Source: Bythopirellula sp. (lineage in GTDB: Bacteria > Planctomycetota > Planctomycetia > Pirellulales > Lacipirellulaceae). Taken from it: 64,000 nucleotides of DNA. Below, one piece after another: positions 1 through 10,143 of this stretch (the stretch's first letter is position 1; the number at the start of each line of letters is the position of its first letter). The position numbers and the translations under genes were made by a program. The DNA lies in assembly GCA_965216565.1 (NCBI GenBank), contig OZ244170.1, forward strand, positions 3,296,001-3,360,000, read 5' to 3'. The notes beneath the pieces were generated by a model. That model was given only the letters and a program-made list of their open reading frames with translations. It made no database searches and was not told the DNA's origin.

Positions 1-1254
1 CGATTCTTCTAGCTGCTTCTTGGCGAATCGAACTGGAGCAAACAGTACACCGCGACGCTCTAGAACTTCGTCCACATGGCTGGCTTCAATCACTGTCCCT
101 GCGAGCGTCTTTACTTTTCTGGCAGGCACCAGAATCTTTCCTTCGCCACGATCTGCCAGACTCTGAATCTTGCCGGTCATCTGCCAGAAGCCTGGCAATC
201 GCTCGAACCCAGTTTTTGATTGAATCCAGCGGCCCGCTTTCCAAGTCATCCCCTGTGGAGAACGCCGCAATACACCGGTGACCCAAAGAAATTCGTCCTG
301 GGTGTCGTCGAAAAACCAATAGCCGTCTACAAATTCGAAATCGTCAAGCCCTTCGGGAACAATCTCTCGCACCTTGGCGGGTGGCTGACGCGGCGCCTTC
401 AGCGACATCAAGCGATCGACGTGGGGCCGCGCAAAGCCTTCGTGGACGGGCCCACGGAGTAGATGTTCGGGTACGGTATTGTCTTGGCCACTTCCGTCTT
501 GGGGGCTATCGGGACCTCCAGAGTTAAGGTTGTCACTAAGCATCTGACGAATACCTGAATTGTTTTCTGAGTCATCCGACTCTTCCCCACCAAATATCCC
601 AATGGGTAATTGCGATGACGAAGCAAAGTCGTCAGGTACCTGACCATCAATTCTAGGCTGGGCCATCTGCGGCATCTGCATGCCAACTGAAGCTTCCGCA
701 ACAGTGGAGTCATCACCTTGAGACGATGCTGGTATGTCACCCGCCGCGACTTGCAACTGTGACAATCCAGAGCCTCCTCCACCGGCGCTGGCTGTGGCTG
801 AAGCACCTCCCCTTGCTCTGGAACGCTCGTCGCTCGACTCTTTCTCGCATGCCACGCATTCTGCCGCGTCACGAACCTTCGCCAGGACCCTGGTAACGAC
901 CCCTACCTCACCAACCAGTTGTACAACGCATTGAATAGCTGAACCCTCCGGCATCGATGCTAGCTCAGATACCGGCATACTCTTGTCGTTGACCAAGATA
1001 TCGACTGAGTCGAAGACCAGAAACTTTCGCAATTCAGGAGTGGGCAAAGGGCCACTTTGCGAGTTAACTATTTCGAGCGTTAGATGAGGAGCATCGAAAT
1101 CGACGAGCATTCCTTCGACCATCTGCTCGTTGATAGTTTCGCTGATTGCATACGACTTCGTAGAGCTACTCGATATGAAAGCCACCCCCATTAAGGTTAA
1201 GTATGCTGCAATAGATTTTTGCAAGAGATCGTTGTTGAATCGCATCCTGATCAT
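1..1254 (-). CDS. Secreted planctomycete protein with YXWGXW/WxxGxW-type repeats; runs off the left edge of the window
   Basis: Manual translation: open minus frame from ATG 1254 to the window edge (absent from the ORF track because it has no stop). Hydrophobic N-terminus (IAAYLTLMGVAFI), then LRGPVHEGFARP...VDGYWFFDDTQDEFLWVTG...WKAGRW...LPGFW. Confidence 0.7.
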   Translation of the reverse strand, partial: MIRMRFNNDLLQKSIAAYLTLMGVAFISSSSTKSYAISETINEQMVEGMLVDFDAPHLTLEIVNSQSGPLPTPELRKFLVFDSVDILVNDKSMPVSELASMPEGSAIQCVVQLVGEVGVVTRVLAKVRDAAECVACEKESSDERSRARGGASATASAGGGGSGLSQLQVAAGDIPASSQGDDSTVAEASVGMQMPQMAQPRIDGQVPDDFASSSQLPIGIFGGEESDDSENNSGIRQMLSDNLNSGGPDSPQDGSGQDNTVPEHLLRGPVHEGFARPHVDRLMSLKAPRQPPAKVREIVPEGLDDFEFVDGYWFFDDTQDEFLWVTGVLRRSPQGMTWKAGRWIQSKTGFERLPGFWQMTGKIQSLADRGEGKILVPARKVKTLAGTVIEASHVDEVLERRGVLFAPVRFAKKQLEES

Positions 1255-1466
1255 CGCTCCATTGAGAGTTTGGTTTGCCTGAAAGTAGGATCTTGCCCAC
1301 TCAGTACAACCCTAAGTCTAGATGTTTTGAAAACGGTGCGATTCACACGTGCCTAGGGATTACCTTACGCCAATATTTGATGGGCGCGGTCGATAGTACC
1401 ATCAGAATCCGACTCCCGGTCGCAACTACTGGGTCTCTGCCCAAAACACGAGCTGACAAGGATGTC

Positions 1467-3284
1467 ATGATTTGTTCGTTGTACAAATTGCATAGATCCA
1501 ACTCGGTACTCGCCACGTGGTTGCTCGCTTTACTCATCTCACAATCGATCACCGGCAACTGCAATGCGCAGTGGTACCCTTCACCAGGGTATTCTGAAAT
1601 CGATTCGGGTTATGGTTCGGCTGGAAACGGCAAAGGGTCGACTCGCATCGAAAGCTTATGGTCTTTACCTGGCTCTTGGGCTGAGCCAACTTTGATCGCG
1701 CCAGAAAACTTGAGCGGTCCGCCGCCGATCTATATCCCGCCTCCGGCTCCGAACAGCAAGCCCCAAGAGCCTGTCAAAAAGCCATCTAGGCTGGCGCAGC
1801 TGGAGAACAAGGCGGCTAGCGCTATTGCTAAAAAGCAATGGAGGACGGCTGAACGTGCCTTGCTCGGCATGCTGGAGATCCAACCAGATCATCGCGAGGC
1901 AACCAGCGCATTGGCAAATATTCTGCTTGCAAATGAGCGGACACGAAACGCGATCAATTTCCTCCAACCTAGAATGCAGCAGTACTTTGCTCAAGATGCA
2001 CCGATGCTACGCCTCTTCGGCAGAGCACTGCTGCAATCAGACCAGCTTGAATCGGCACTTTGCACGCTGCACTATGCCAACTGGCTCGAGCCTGCGCTAG
2101 AAGATATCAATCTGCTGCTCGGAATTGCGTATCTTAAGGACGAAAGACCGCTAACCGCATCGACGTATCTTTGTTCTGGAAGAAACTCCAGTAGCGAGAC
2201 TTTCCAACAACAACAGCTCACCTACGCCACTGCCCTGGCCCAACTTGGTCAAACAAAAACCGCTGACTCTATATTGCTCGGTTTGTCTCATACGCCTGCC
2301 AATCAGGAACTGGGCAAAGCTGCCTGGGCCAACCATACAGAGCTCTTGCAGGAAGTTTACAGGGCGAATCGGTTCTATGGCACGATGAAAACAACCATCC
2401 GTTACGACGATAACACGGGTATCGTCCCAACGACCAATGAATTCGGCACCGTAGGTGATGAAATCGAATCCGCGGGCACACTCGGATTGGTCAGCATGAA
2501 TTACGACCTCTGGCGACACTATCAAGCCACCGTCACAACCGGGTACCAAGGACTGTTCACTCGAAACTTCAAAGACTTAGCCTCACAATTCGATGTAACT
2601 GACCACGCTGCCTATTTGGCGGGTTCCTATCGAACTATCACGCCAGAGAAAAGCCTGCCCTGCGCTTTGACCCTACGTGCAGACTACAACGACACGGCGA
2701 CTAGCGGCACCTCGTTCCTGCAGCGAGCAGGCGTGGCCGCGGGAATCAATGTCAAGGATAGCGATTACACTTTGGCGAGCTTAGGTTATCGCTATGTCGA
2801 TCTGGAATTCCTCAACCAGGCTGCCGGCATCGAAGGCACCCAGTTCGACCCTGATTCCCAAGCCTATGAGGTTGCTATCGAGCGGCATTGGCAGAACCTA
2901 GAGCGAACAACCACCTGGCAGCTTGGCTACATTCTCAACAAGAATATCGCCGAGGGCTCGCAGGCGGACTATCTTGGCCATCGGGCAATCGGCAGCATGT
3001 CCTATCTCATGGACAACGACAGTTTTGTGAGCTGCAATTTGCAATATTTTTTCCGCAACTACGACAATCTGCAATTCGCGACCGGATCAACTCGCGAAGA
3101 CTCCGAGATATTGTTTGGTGCAACCTATGCCCGATTGTTGTGGGACGATGCATACCTTGTCGCCGAGTACTTCTACGACATCAACGATTCTGATTCGCCT
3201 ACGAGCAGCTATCACCGCAATGTGATCGAAGTCGGTCTGCAATGGAACTTTGCCAGTGGAACCAGACAGCAAGATCAACGCTAG
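1467..3284 (+). CDS. TPR-repeat protein with C-terminal outer-membrane beta-barrel (Slam/DUF560-like architecture)
   Basis: ORF 1275..3284; likely start ATG 1467 after AAGGA. Signal peptide, Pro-rich linker, TPR-like helices, then alternating aromatic beta-strands ending ..EVGLQWNF. Confidence 0.65.
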   Translation: MICSLYKLHRSNSVLATWLLALLISQSITGNCNAQWYPSPGYSEIDSGYGSAGNGKGSTRIESLWSLPGSWAEPTLIAPENLSGPPPIYIPPPAPNSKPQEPVKKPSRLAQLENKAASAIAKKQWRTAERALLGMLEIQPDHREATSALANILLANERTRNAINFLQPRMQQYFAQDAPMLRLFGRALLQSDQLESALCTLHYANWLEPALEDINLLLGIAYLKDERPLTASTYLCSGRNSSSETFQQQQLTYATALAQLGQTKTADSILLGLSHTPANQELGKAAWANHTELLQEVYRANRFYGTMKTTIRYDDNTGIVPTTNEFGTVGDEIESAGTLGLVSMNYDLWRHYQATVTTGYQGLFTRNFKDLASQFDVTDHAAYLAGSYRTITPEKSLPCALTLRADYNDTATSGTSFLQRAGVAAGINVKDSDYTLASLGYRYVDLEFLNQAAGIEGTQFDPDSQAYEVAIERHWQNLERTTTWQLGYILNKNIAEGSQADYLGHRAIGSMSYLMDNDSFVSCNLQYFFRNYDNLQFATGSTREDSEILFGATYARLLWDDAYLVAEYFYDINDSDSPTSSYHRNVIEVGLQWNFASGTRQQDQR

Positions 3285-3421
3285 TTTTGTTGCTGCTCGG
3301 GAACGCTTTCTTTTCTTCTGCGAGTCGAATCACCTAGGGGATTCCCTCAGGGTTCTACGGCCTTCAGTGAGCCATGCTTGTCTAAGTATTGAACACAAGA
3401 ATCCTAACGATAGACAATGTC

Positions 3422-4669
3422 ATGAATGCAAAAATCTGGTCGAACGACAGAGAGACGCAGCGGCGACTTGGCGAATACCTAACCCTGCGGGGAATTACAT
3501 TCGCCCACGATTCGATTGAACAACCTGCTAATGCATTTACTGCCGATGACATAAGTAGGGTAGACGAGGAACTAGTATTCCTAGTGTTTACCAAAATAAC
3601 GAGTGCGGATCTAAATATTGTCCGGCAATTCCGACAGCACATGGCGGATGGGTGTTTTCTAGTCGTCTGTGCACCCACTACCGATCATCAGGTTGTTCTT
3701 GGTGCAATTCGGGCTGGCGCTAATGACTTTGTTTCTACCGGCGGGGCATTGGAAAAGGAACTCGACAAACTGCTTAAGCGTACTGAGTCTGAAAGATTGC
3801 AACCTAATCAGCGCGGTCGCACGATAACTGTCACTTCCTGTCACTGTCCAACCGATGCCACTTTCGTGGCTGTGAATCTCGCTGCCGCTCTAGCCAGCAG
3901 TGATCGCCATTGTGGATTGCTTGACTTTCATTGGCGTGGAGGCGATGTAGCATCGCTTCTCGAGTTGCAACCGCGCCACACAATACATGACCTCGTGGGT
4001 CGCTCTGCGGCGATCGATAGCGCCATATTTCTACAAGCTTTGACTCCCCACAAATCGGGCATTCGACTGCTAGCAGGGCCGACCTTGGGCACCCAGTTTC
4101 AGGTCCCGAACCTAGACGAACTGCGTCAGATTCACGAACTGGCAGGTACACATTTGCCGCAAGTTGTCATTAACACTCCCGATCCTTTCAGTGCCGAAGA
4201 GCTTGGAGCATTGAATTTGAGCGACAGCGTCGTTCTGATCATGCGAATGGACGTTGTTTCACTTCACCGTGCCACACTGCAAGTCAGGCACATGCAGGGT
4301 TTGGGAGTAGGGTCAGATTCACTTCGTGTGGTGGCGTTACAGAGCTCTCTAGCTGGGGAGCTTTCGATCTCTGTTGTGAAAAGAGCACTTCAAATAGAAC
4401 GCATTCAGTTGATTCCCGAAAATTGCGAATTGCGCATGTGCTCGGTGAACGTGGGCAATCCAGTTGTCTTAGAGGCGCCTCGATCGCGAATGGCAAGAGC
4501 TATCACAGACCTGGCCCAATCACTAGCTCAGCCTCACCAGGGAACTTCGCAGGATACCAGCTCGGGACTGCTGGCGGCGAACTTGAAGAATCGCCTTTCT
4601 CGTTTTTCGAAACGACTAAGCGCTCGCGGGGAAATTAGCAGCACCGGGCTGATCGGAGTCAGCTCTTAG
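3422..4669 (+). CDS. cpaE: CpaE/TadZ-like pilus localisation protein (degenerate receiver + MinD-like domain)
   Basis: AIRAGANDFV receiver remnant; AVNLAAALA, LLDF, HKSGIRLLAGP, SVNVGNPVV MinD/CpaE motifs; located in a tad cluster. Confidence 0.8.
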   Translation: MNAKIWSNDRETQRRLGEYLTLRGITFAHDSIEQPANAFTADDISRVDEELVFLVFTKITSADLNIVRQFRQHMADGCFLVVCAPTTDHQVVLGAIRAGANDFVSTGGALEKELDKLLKRTESERLQPNQRGRTITVTSCHCPTDATFVAVNLAAALASSDRHCGLLDFHWRGGDVASLLELQPRHTIHDLVGRSAAIDSAIFLQALTPHKSGIRLLAGPTLGTQFQVPNLDELRQIHELAGTHLPQVVINTPDPFSAEELGALNLSDSVVLIMRMDVVSLHRATLQVRHMQGLGVGSDSLRVVALQSSLAGELSISVVKRALQIERIQLIPENCELRMCSVNVGNPVVLEAPRSRMARAITDLAQSLAQPHQGTSQDTSSGLLAANLKNRLSRFSKRLSARGEISSTGLIGVSS

Positions 4670-5293
4670 TTTTGCGGAGCCTGAAAGTGTGTACTCCGTT
4701 ATCTTGCGAACCAATTGTGCAACAGACCGGACGCCCATTTTCTGAGTAAGATTGCTCCGATGAACCTCGACTGTCTTGATGCTAATCCCCAGTTGCTTAG
4801 CAATAACTTTCGTAAGCATTCCTTCAGCTACTAAGTGCATAACTTCGCGTTCACGCTTAGTAAGACCAGCAATCCGCGCCTCGAACTCTGCATCCTTTAC
4901 TCGGTTCAAACGTCGCTGAAATTCACTCATCAGCCCAGATTGCACATTGGTAAGAAGCTGCTTGTAATCGAGAGGATACTCCATCACATCAAGGGCCCCC
5001 AGCTTCATAGCCCGCACTGCATCACAGACATTACCAGGCATACAAATAAAGACACATGGCAACTCGTGCCCATGGCTAACTAGGCGTTGCCACAGAGTGA
5101 TGCCAGACATCTCCGGGTAGTTTAGTTCGAGCACAAGGCAGCCGACTTGTGATGCGTCGAAAGATTCGAGAAGCTCTAGCGGGGAACTGTACGCCTTAGT
5201 CCGAACAGTATTCTGCTGCAACAAGCTCAATATCGATTCTTGACTCTTCGATGAATGCGTGACAAGAAGGCAAGCGTTTAAGTCTGGCGTCAT
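4616..5293 (-). CDS. FixJ/LuxR-family response regulator with atypical receiver
   Basis: C-terminal LuxR HTH LTKREREVMHLVAEGMLTKVIAKQLGISIKTVEVHRSNL; AVRAMKLGALD FixJ signature. Confidence 0.9.
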   Translation of the reverse strand: MTPDLNACLLVTHSSKSQESILSLLQQNTVRTKAYSSPLELLESFDASQVGCLVLELNYPEMSGITLWQRLVSHGHELPCVFICMPGNVCDAVRAMKLGALDVMEYPLDYKQLLTNVQSGLMSEFQRRLNRVKDAEFEARIAGLTKREREVMHLVAEGMLTKVIAKQLGISIKTVEVHRSNLTQKMGVRSVAQLVRKITEYTLSGSAKLRADSDQPGAANFPASA

Positions 5294-5871
5294 TTAACCT
5301 AACCTCCATGCTCAATTGAAATAGCTCCGCCCCTATTCCGATTTCGGCATTGCTCGTTCGCGAGTATACAAGGGAAACCCGCGCAAAGTCAAAAAATCAG
5401 TGCGCGAATACGCTAAGGGTTTTACTTAGTGACAATCTCCTGTCATCTCGTGACGTGTTCAACCTGAACGAGATTTAACGCGACAAATTTTCAGTGCTTA
5501 CCTAGTCGCCGCCACCTGACATTCCACTAGTTGATATCTGCTATCGATAACCCTTGAAATCAAAAACTCTACCAGATCTCTATGGATTTCTTTCGAGTTC
5601 ATTTTGGTTCCTCATGCAGACGGAGAATTCTGCTTGTGGGCAATGTCTTTATTAAATTCAAACGACTCTATAATCGAGAGAGTGAATAGCGATTAAGGGA
5701 AACCCCGAGCTCACCAAAACTGTTTGCCGGGTGAGCTAGTTTTGATAAAGCCCTCGTGTGCTCACTTGTAGGTACAAGTGCAAGGGCATCATGCCAACCA
5801 TTTAATGACCACTTTAGGCATGTCTGGCAACTAACGCAAAATACATTCAAAACAACCAAGGAACACCGGGG

Positions 5872-7215
5872 ATGATCACGGATACGATGGGGACAAGCAT
5901 GCATTCTGGCGGTCAGGAGAGCACGTTTCAGCAGCTCAAGGCGAGCTTACACGAACAATTGATCAGCGAGCTCGATTTTTCGGCGATGCACTCTATGGAT
6001 CCCGATGTGGTTCGCACTGAACTTCGCCGCGGTGCCGAACGACTCTGCGGAATGCACTCCGAACTGCTAAGCCAAAGAGATCGGACGCTGTTAATCGATG
6101 AATTGTTAAACGAAATGATGGGCCTTGGTCCGCTGGAACCGGTGATGCAGGATCCCTCTGTGACCGACATTCTGGTGAACGGACCAAACTGCGTATATGT
6201 CGAACGTCGTGGCAAACTTGAACCGACTTCGATCAAATTCCGGGACCTCGACCACCTAGTTGAAATCGTCCAGCGAATTGCGGCCCGGGTTGGCCGTCGT
6301 GTGGACGAGGCCAACCCGATGGTCGATGCGAGGCTCTACGACGGAAGTCGTCTCAATGCGATCATTCATCCCCTAGCCTTGGATGGGGCATTGGTTTCCA
6401 TTCGCCGATTCTCTAATCGACCCTTCACCCCGCAAGACTTGGTGGCCCGACAATCAACTTGTCCCCAGATGATGGAGTTTTTGGCGGCGTGTGTTGCAAC
6501 GAGACTTAACGTGGTGGTGTCAGGAGGTACGGGTAGCGGCAAGACAACGCTGCTCAACGTTCTGTCCGGGTTTATCCCCAACGATCAGCGAATTGTCACT
6601 ATCGAAGATGCTGCCGAATTGCAATTACAGCAGCCCCATGTGGCACGCGTAGAAACGCGACCGTCGAGCCTGGAGGGCAAAGGCGAAGTGACGTCCCGCG
6701 AATTGCTCCGCAACGCTCTCCGGATGCGACCAGACAGAATAATTGTTGGCGAATGCCGCGGCCCGGAAGCCTTCGATATGCTGCAGGCACTCAATACCGG
6801 GCATGATGGAGGAATGTCGACCATCCATGCCAACAATTCTCGCGACGCGCTGAGTCGTCTCGAAATGCTCGTCGGCATGGCTGCGCCCGAACTGCCTATG
6901 TGGTTCATTCATCGTCAGATTGCCGAAGCGATCGATATCGTCGTTCAGGTCTCCCGACTTTCGGACGGGAGCCGAAGGATCACTCAAGTCTCCGAGGTCA
7001 CCGGTATCCATGGCGAATCTCTCAGCATGCACGATGTATTCCGTTTTCAGCAAACGGGCTTCGAGGAAAACAAGGTTCAAGGCAGCTTCGAAGCGACTGG
7101 CATCCAGCCAGAGTGCTTAGAAAAAATCAAAGCGTGCGGAATCCAGCTTAGTCCCAAGATTTTCGAAACTGGCGGCTGTCCTGTTGAACGACTAGACGGT
7201 CTACGGGGAATGTAA
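5872..7215 (+). CDS. cpaF: Flp pilus assembly ATPase CpaF/TadA
   Basis: Walker [39 protein letters not shown]. Confidence 0.95.
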   Translation: MITDTMGTSMHSGGQESTFQQLKASLHEQLISELDFSAMHSMDPDVVRTELRRGAERLCGMHSELLSQRDRTLLIDELLNEMMGLGPLEPVMQDPSVTDILVNGPNCVYVERRGKLEPTSIKFRDLDHLVEIVQRIAARVGRRVDEANPMVDARLYDGSRLNAIIHPLALDGALVSIRRFSNRPFTPQDLVARQSTCPQMMEFLAACVATRLNVVVSGGTGSGKTTLLNVLSGFIPNDQRIVTIEDAAELQLQQPHVARVETRPSSLEGKGEVTSRELLRNALRMRPDRIIVGECRGPEAFDMLQALNTGHDGGMSTIHANNSRDALSRLEMLVGMAAPELPMWFIHRQIAEAIDIVVQVSRLSDGSRRITQVSEVTGIHGESLSMHDVFRFQQTGFEENKVQGSFEATGIQPECLEKIKACGIQLSPKIFETGGCPVERLDGLRGM

Positions 7216-7217
7216 TC

Positions 7218-8159
7218 ATGGCCAGCTGGATCACACCACTCATCTTCGTCTCCGGAACGCTTGCGACGTTCAGCATGGCCACGATGGCCTTCGATTGGAT
7301 GTTGCGTCGAAGGATTGCCGCGCGAATGCGTGGAGTTGGCCTCCGAGGGAGCTCCGGTGAAGCCAACGGCACAAGCTTGTTTAAGGACATGTCGCGGTTT
7401 GACCGCGACTACATGGAACACTCCCCGGGTTGGCTAGAAAGATTAACCTCGCTGCTGGAGAAATCCAATACGTCCTTCACTAGCACGACCTTCTTATTCA
7501 CCAGCGCCGCATTGGCTCTCGCCCTAGGTGCGATTGGTTACGGTCATTCGATTTGGTTGGCAATGACTCTCGCATTAGTGGGAGCCGTAACACCTTTGCT
7601 CACCATGGTCCATCGGGTCCGTAAGCTACAAACAAGAATTACAGAACAACTCCCCGAAGCATTTGCCATGATCAGCCGGGCCGTACGGGCGGGTCAAACG
7701 GTTCCTTCGGCACTACAGATTATTGCCAACGACTTCGAGCAGCCCATTGCGGGCGAATTCTCGCGTTGTCACGAGCAGCAGAATTTGGGCATCTCCCGAG
7801 AAATCGCACTTCGTGATCTAGCAAAGCGGGCAAGCGTGATGGAACTTCAACTCTTTGTCGTTGCAGTGCTGGTTCAATCCCGATCGGGTTGCGACCTGGT
7901 CGAGTTGCTTGACAACTTGGCGGAAATGGTACGCAAACGGTTGAAACTGAAAGATCGGATTCGCGCGCTCACCGGTGAGGGCCGCATGCAGGCCCGAGCG
8001 CTATTGGTGCTCCCACTTGCTGCGTTTATCGGAATCTATTTCGTCGCGCCGGAATACATTTCTTGCCTTCTAGAACGACCAGGTCTTCTGGCGGCTACCG
8101 GTGGGGCGCAATTGGTGGGGGTACTCTGGATCCGCAAAATCGTAAACGTCAACTACTAA
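7218..8159 (+). CDS. tadB: Flp pilus assembly inner-membrane protein TadB (T2SS-F family)
   Basis: QLPEAFAMISRAVRAG, RIRALTGEGRMQA; TM helices; directly follows cpaF. Confidence 0.9.
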   Translation: MASWITPLIFVSGTLATFSMATMAFDWMLRRRIAARMRGVGLRGSSGEANGTSLFKDMSRFDRDYMEHSPGWLERLTSLLEKSNTSFTSTTFLFTSAALALALGAIGYGHSIWLAMTLALVGAVTPLLTMVHRVRKLQTRITEQLPEAFAMISRAVRAGQTVPSALQIIANDFEQPIAGEFSRCHEQQNLGISREIALRDLAKRASVMELQLFVVAVLVQSRSGCDLVELLDNLAEMVRKRLKLKDRIRALTGEGRMQARALLVLPLAAFIGIYFVAPEYISCLLERPGLLAATGGAQLVGVLWIRKIVNVNY

Positions 8160-8184
8160 TCGCTTGGAATCCGGAACTGCAGCT

Positions 8185-9108
8185 ATGATTATCTACATTG
8201 TCGCGATCGCGTTTGCCTTTCTGGCAGTTACCTGTGCAAGTTATTTGCTTTTTAGCTTCGCCGATCCCTATCGCCTGCGAGTGCGCAATCGCGTGGAGGA
8301 AGTCCGCGGACAGACGCCATCCCTATCTACCGAGACACCAACTTCGACAACCGGTGCTACGAACGGCATTTTTCATCGGCTTCAGGAAATGATCCCCCAT
8401 CGGGCCGCCAACAAAAGCCATCTTGCTAAAAAACTTGGCCAGGCGGGAATCTACAGGCCCACTGCGGTGTCTTCCTATTACGCCTCGCAATTGTTTTTGG
8501 CGATCCTATCCGGCGCTATCGCTCTCTTGTGCTGCACGATGACAAGCGTCAGCCCAAGGATGGTTTTCCTGCTGACATTCATTGCTGCTGCCCTGGGGTC
8601 CTTCATTCCGGGACTACGATTGAAGCTTGCGATTCGTCGACGCAAAGCTGAGTTGCAAAAATCGCTCCCAGATTTTCTTGATCTTGTTACCGTTTGCCTC
8701 GAAGGCGGTTTAAGCCTGCAGGAAACGATCCGCCGCGTCGCCGACGAGCTAACTCTGGCCAACCCCCTGCTCGCTAGTGAACTGACCATCGTTCGGCGCG
8801 ATGTCGAACTAGGTGCCACCGTAGACCATGCTCTGAAAAGGTTTGCGACCCGTTCCGACTACGAGGGCATCAAAAGCCTCAGCATTTTCATTCGCGAGGC
8901 ACAACGATTTGGCACAAACATTGCCGAGGCGTTACGCAGTCACGCAGACATGTTACGCGTGAAACGTGAACAGTTAGCAGAGGAAAACTCGCAAAAGGCA
9001 TCCGTGAAAATCTTACTTCCAACGCTGCTCTTAATTTTCCCAGCAATCTTCGTTGTTATAGTCGCGCCCGCAGTTATTCAGATTCAAGAATTGTTTGCCG
9101 GCCAATAG
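8185..9108 (+). CDS. tadC: Flp pilus assembly inner-membrane protein TadC
   Basis: LPDFLDLVTVCLEGGLSL, AEENSQKASVKILLPTLLLIFPAIFVV; follows tadB. Confidence 0.9.
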   Translation: MIIYIVAIAFAFLAVTCASYLLFSFADPYRLRVRNRVEEVRGQTPSLSTETPTSTTGATNGIFHRLQEMIPHRAANKSHLAKKLGQAGIYRPTAVSSYYASQLFLAILSGAIALLCCTMTSVSPRMVFLLTFIAAALGSFIPGLRLKLAIRRRKAELQKSLPDFLDLVTVCLEGGLSLQETIRRVADELTLANPLLASELTIVRRDVELGATVDHALKRFATRSDYEGIKSLSIFIREAQRFGTNIAEALRSHADMLRVKREQLAEENSQKASVKILLPTLLLIFPAIFVVIVAPAVIQIQELFAGQ

Positions 9109-9155
9109 TAAATAGTCACAGAGCTAAACGATTTTCTCAATCGAGTCTTTCAAAT

Positions 9156-9593
9156 ATGTCAAATCTCAATCTATCAACGAAAGCTAGGCTGCACAGGCCC
9201 GGTCTTGCGGCAACTGAATTCGCTATTGCGGGTCCATTGCTATTGTTACTGGCTCTAGGTGGAGCCGACTTTGGTCGCGTGATGCATCACTACCAAATTG
9301 TAGCAGCCGCTGCGCGTGGCGGCGCGGAGAACGCGGCCGCGCATGGATTCACTCAATTCAGTAGACCCTTCTGGGAGGCAGAGGTACGGCTGGCAACCGT
9401 AGATACCATGTCGGCTCTTCCAGACTTTAACGAGGCGTCTCTCAGCTATAGCCTGTCCGAGCGGTTCGATACAGATGGTGTGATGCGGTTTACGGTCGAT
9501 GTCTCCTATCCATTTCGCACGCTCATCGCTTGGCCGGGAATACCACAAGAGTTCACGATGCGCGACCAAGTTGAATTTCGTCGATTCCGATGA
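9156..9593 (+). CDS. tadE: TadE-like pseudopilin
   Basis: G-LAATEFAIAGPLLLLL..GADFG prepilin-like motif; AARGGA. Confidence 0.85.
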   Translation: MSNLNLSTKARLHRPGLAATEFAIAGPLLLLLALGGADFGRVMHHYQIVAAAARGGAENAAAHGFTQFSRPFWEAEVRLATVDTMSALPDFNEASLSYSLSERFDTDGVMRFTVDVSYPFRTLIAWPGIPQEFTMRDQVEFRRFR

Positions 9594-10096
9594 GCTGTGT
9601 GAACGAGAAAGAACCGATAGCCGTGATCTACCGAAGTAGAACAACTCGATATTCTGCAATGCGACTTCGCCCAGGTGTTACCACGGTCGAGAGCGCCTTA
9701 ATTCTAACTACACTGTTGTTCATCCTGATGAGCTTGCTTGATCTGGGGCTTTGTGCATTCCGGTTCAATGCCCTGGGGTCGGCGGCGCATCGTGTTGCAC
9801 GGGGACTCAGCATTAAGGGCACCCTCGCGCCCGTGGGCATCACCCCACTCGGTCCCGATCCTTACGCAGGGACGGCCGCAGACAGTTCGGACATTGTTGC
9901 TTCACTGAACGGCTTAGTTCCCACTATGGATCCGATCGACGTCCAGGTGATTGCCACGTGGCCTGATGGCGAGAATCGGCCCCGAGACCGCGTTGAAGTT
10001 CAGGTCCAATATGTGCATCAACCAATCTCTCCGGTACTACTTCCTTGGGGACCGCTCACGCTTACGGCGGAGTCCGCTGCCAGAATTATTAACTAG
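9590..10096 (+). CDS. TadE/TadF-like pseudopilin
   Basis: G-VTTVESALILTTLLFILMSLLDLG; ATGA overlap with the previous gene. Confidence 0.8.
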   Translation: MSCVNEKEPIAVIYRSRTTRYSAMRLRPGVTTVESALILTTLLFILMSLLDLGLCAFRFNALGSAAHRVARGLSIKGTLAPVGITPLGPDPYAGTAADSSDIVASLNGLVPTMDPIDVQVIATWPDGENRPRDRVEVQVQYVHQPISPVLLPWGPLTLTAESAARIIN

Positions 10097-10143
10097 GCCA
10101 GACTCTGCAATAAGGCCGGGGTCGCTAATAAGGTACATCGATC

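Noticed and set aside
86..934. Short ORFs in the track here and antisense/nested ORFs throughout the window
   Set aside because: They are shadows of longer, motif-bearing genes in other frames.
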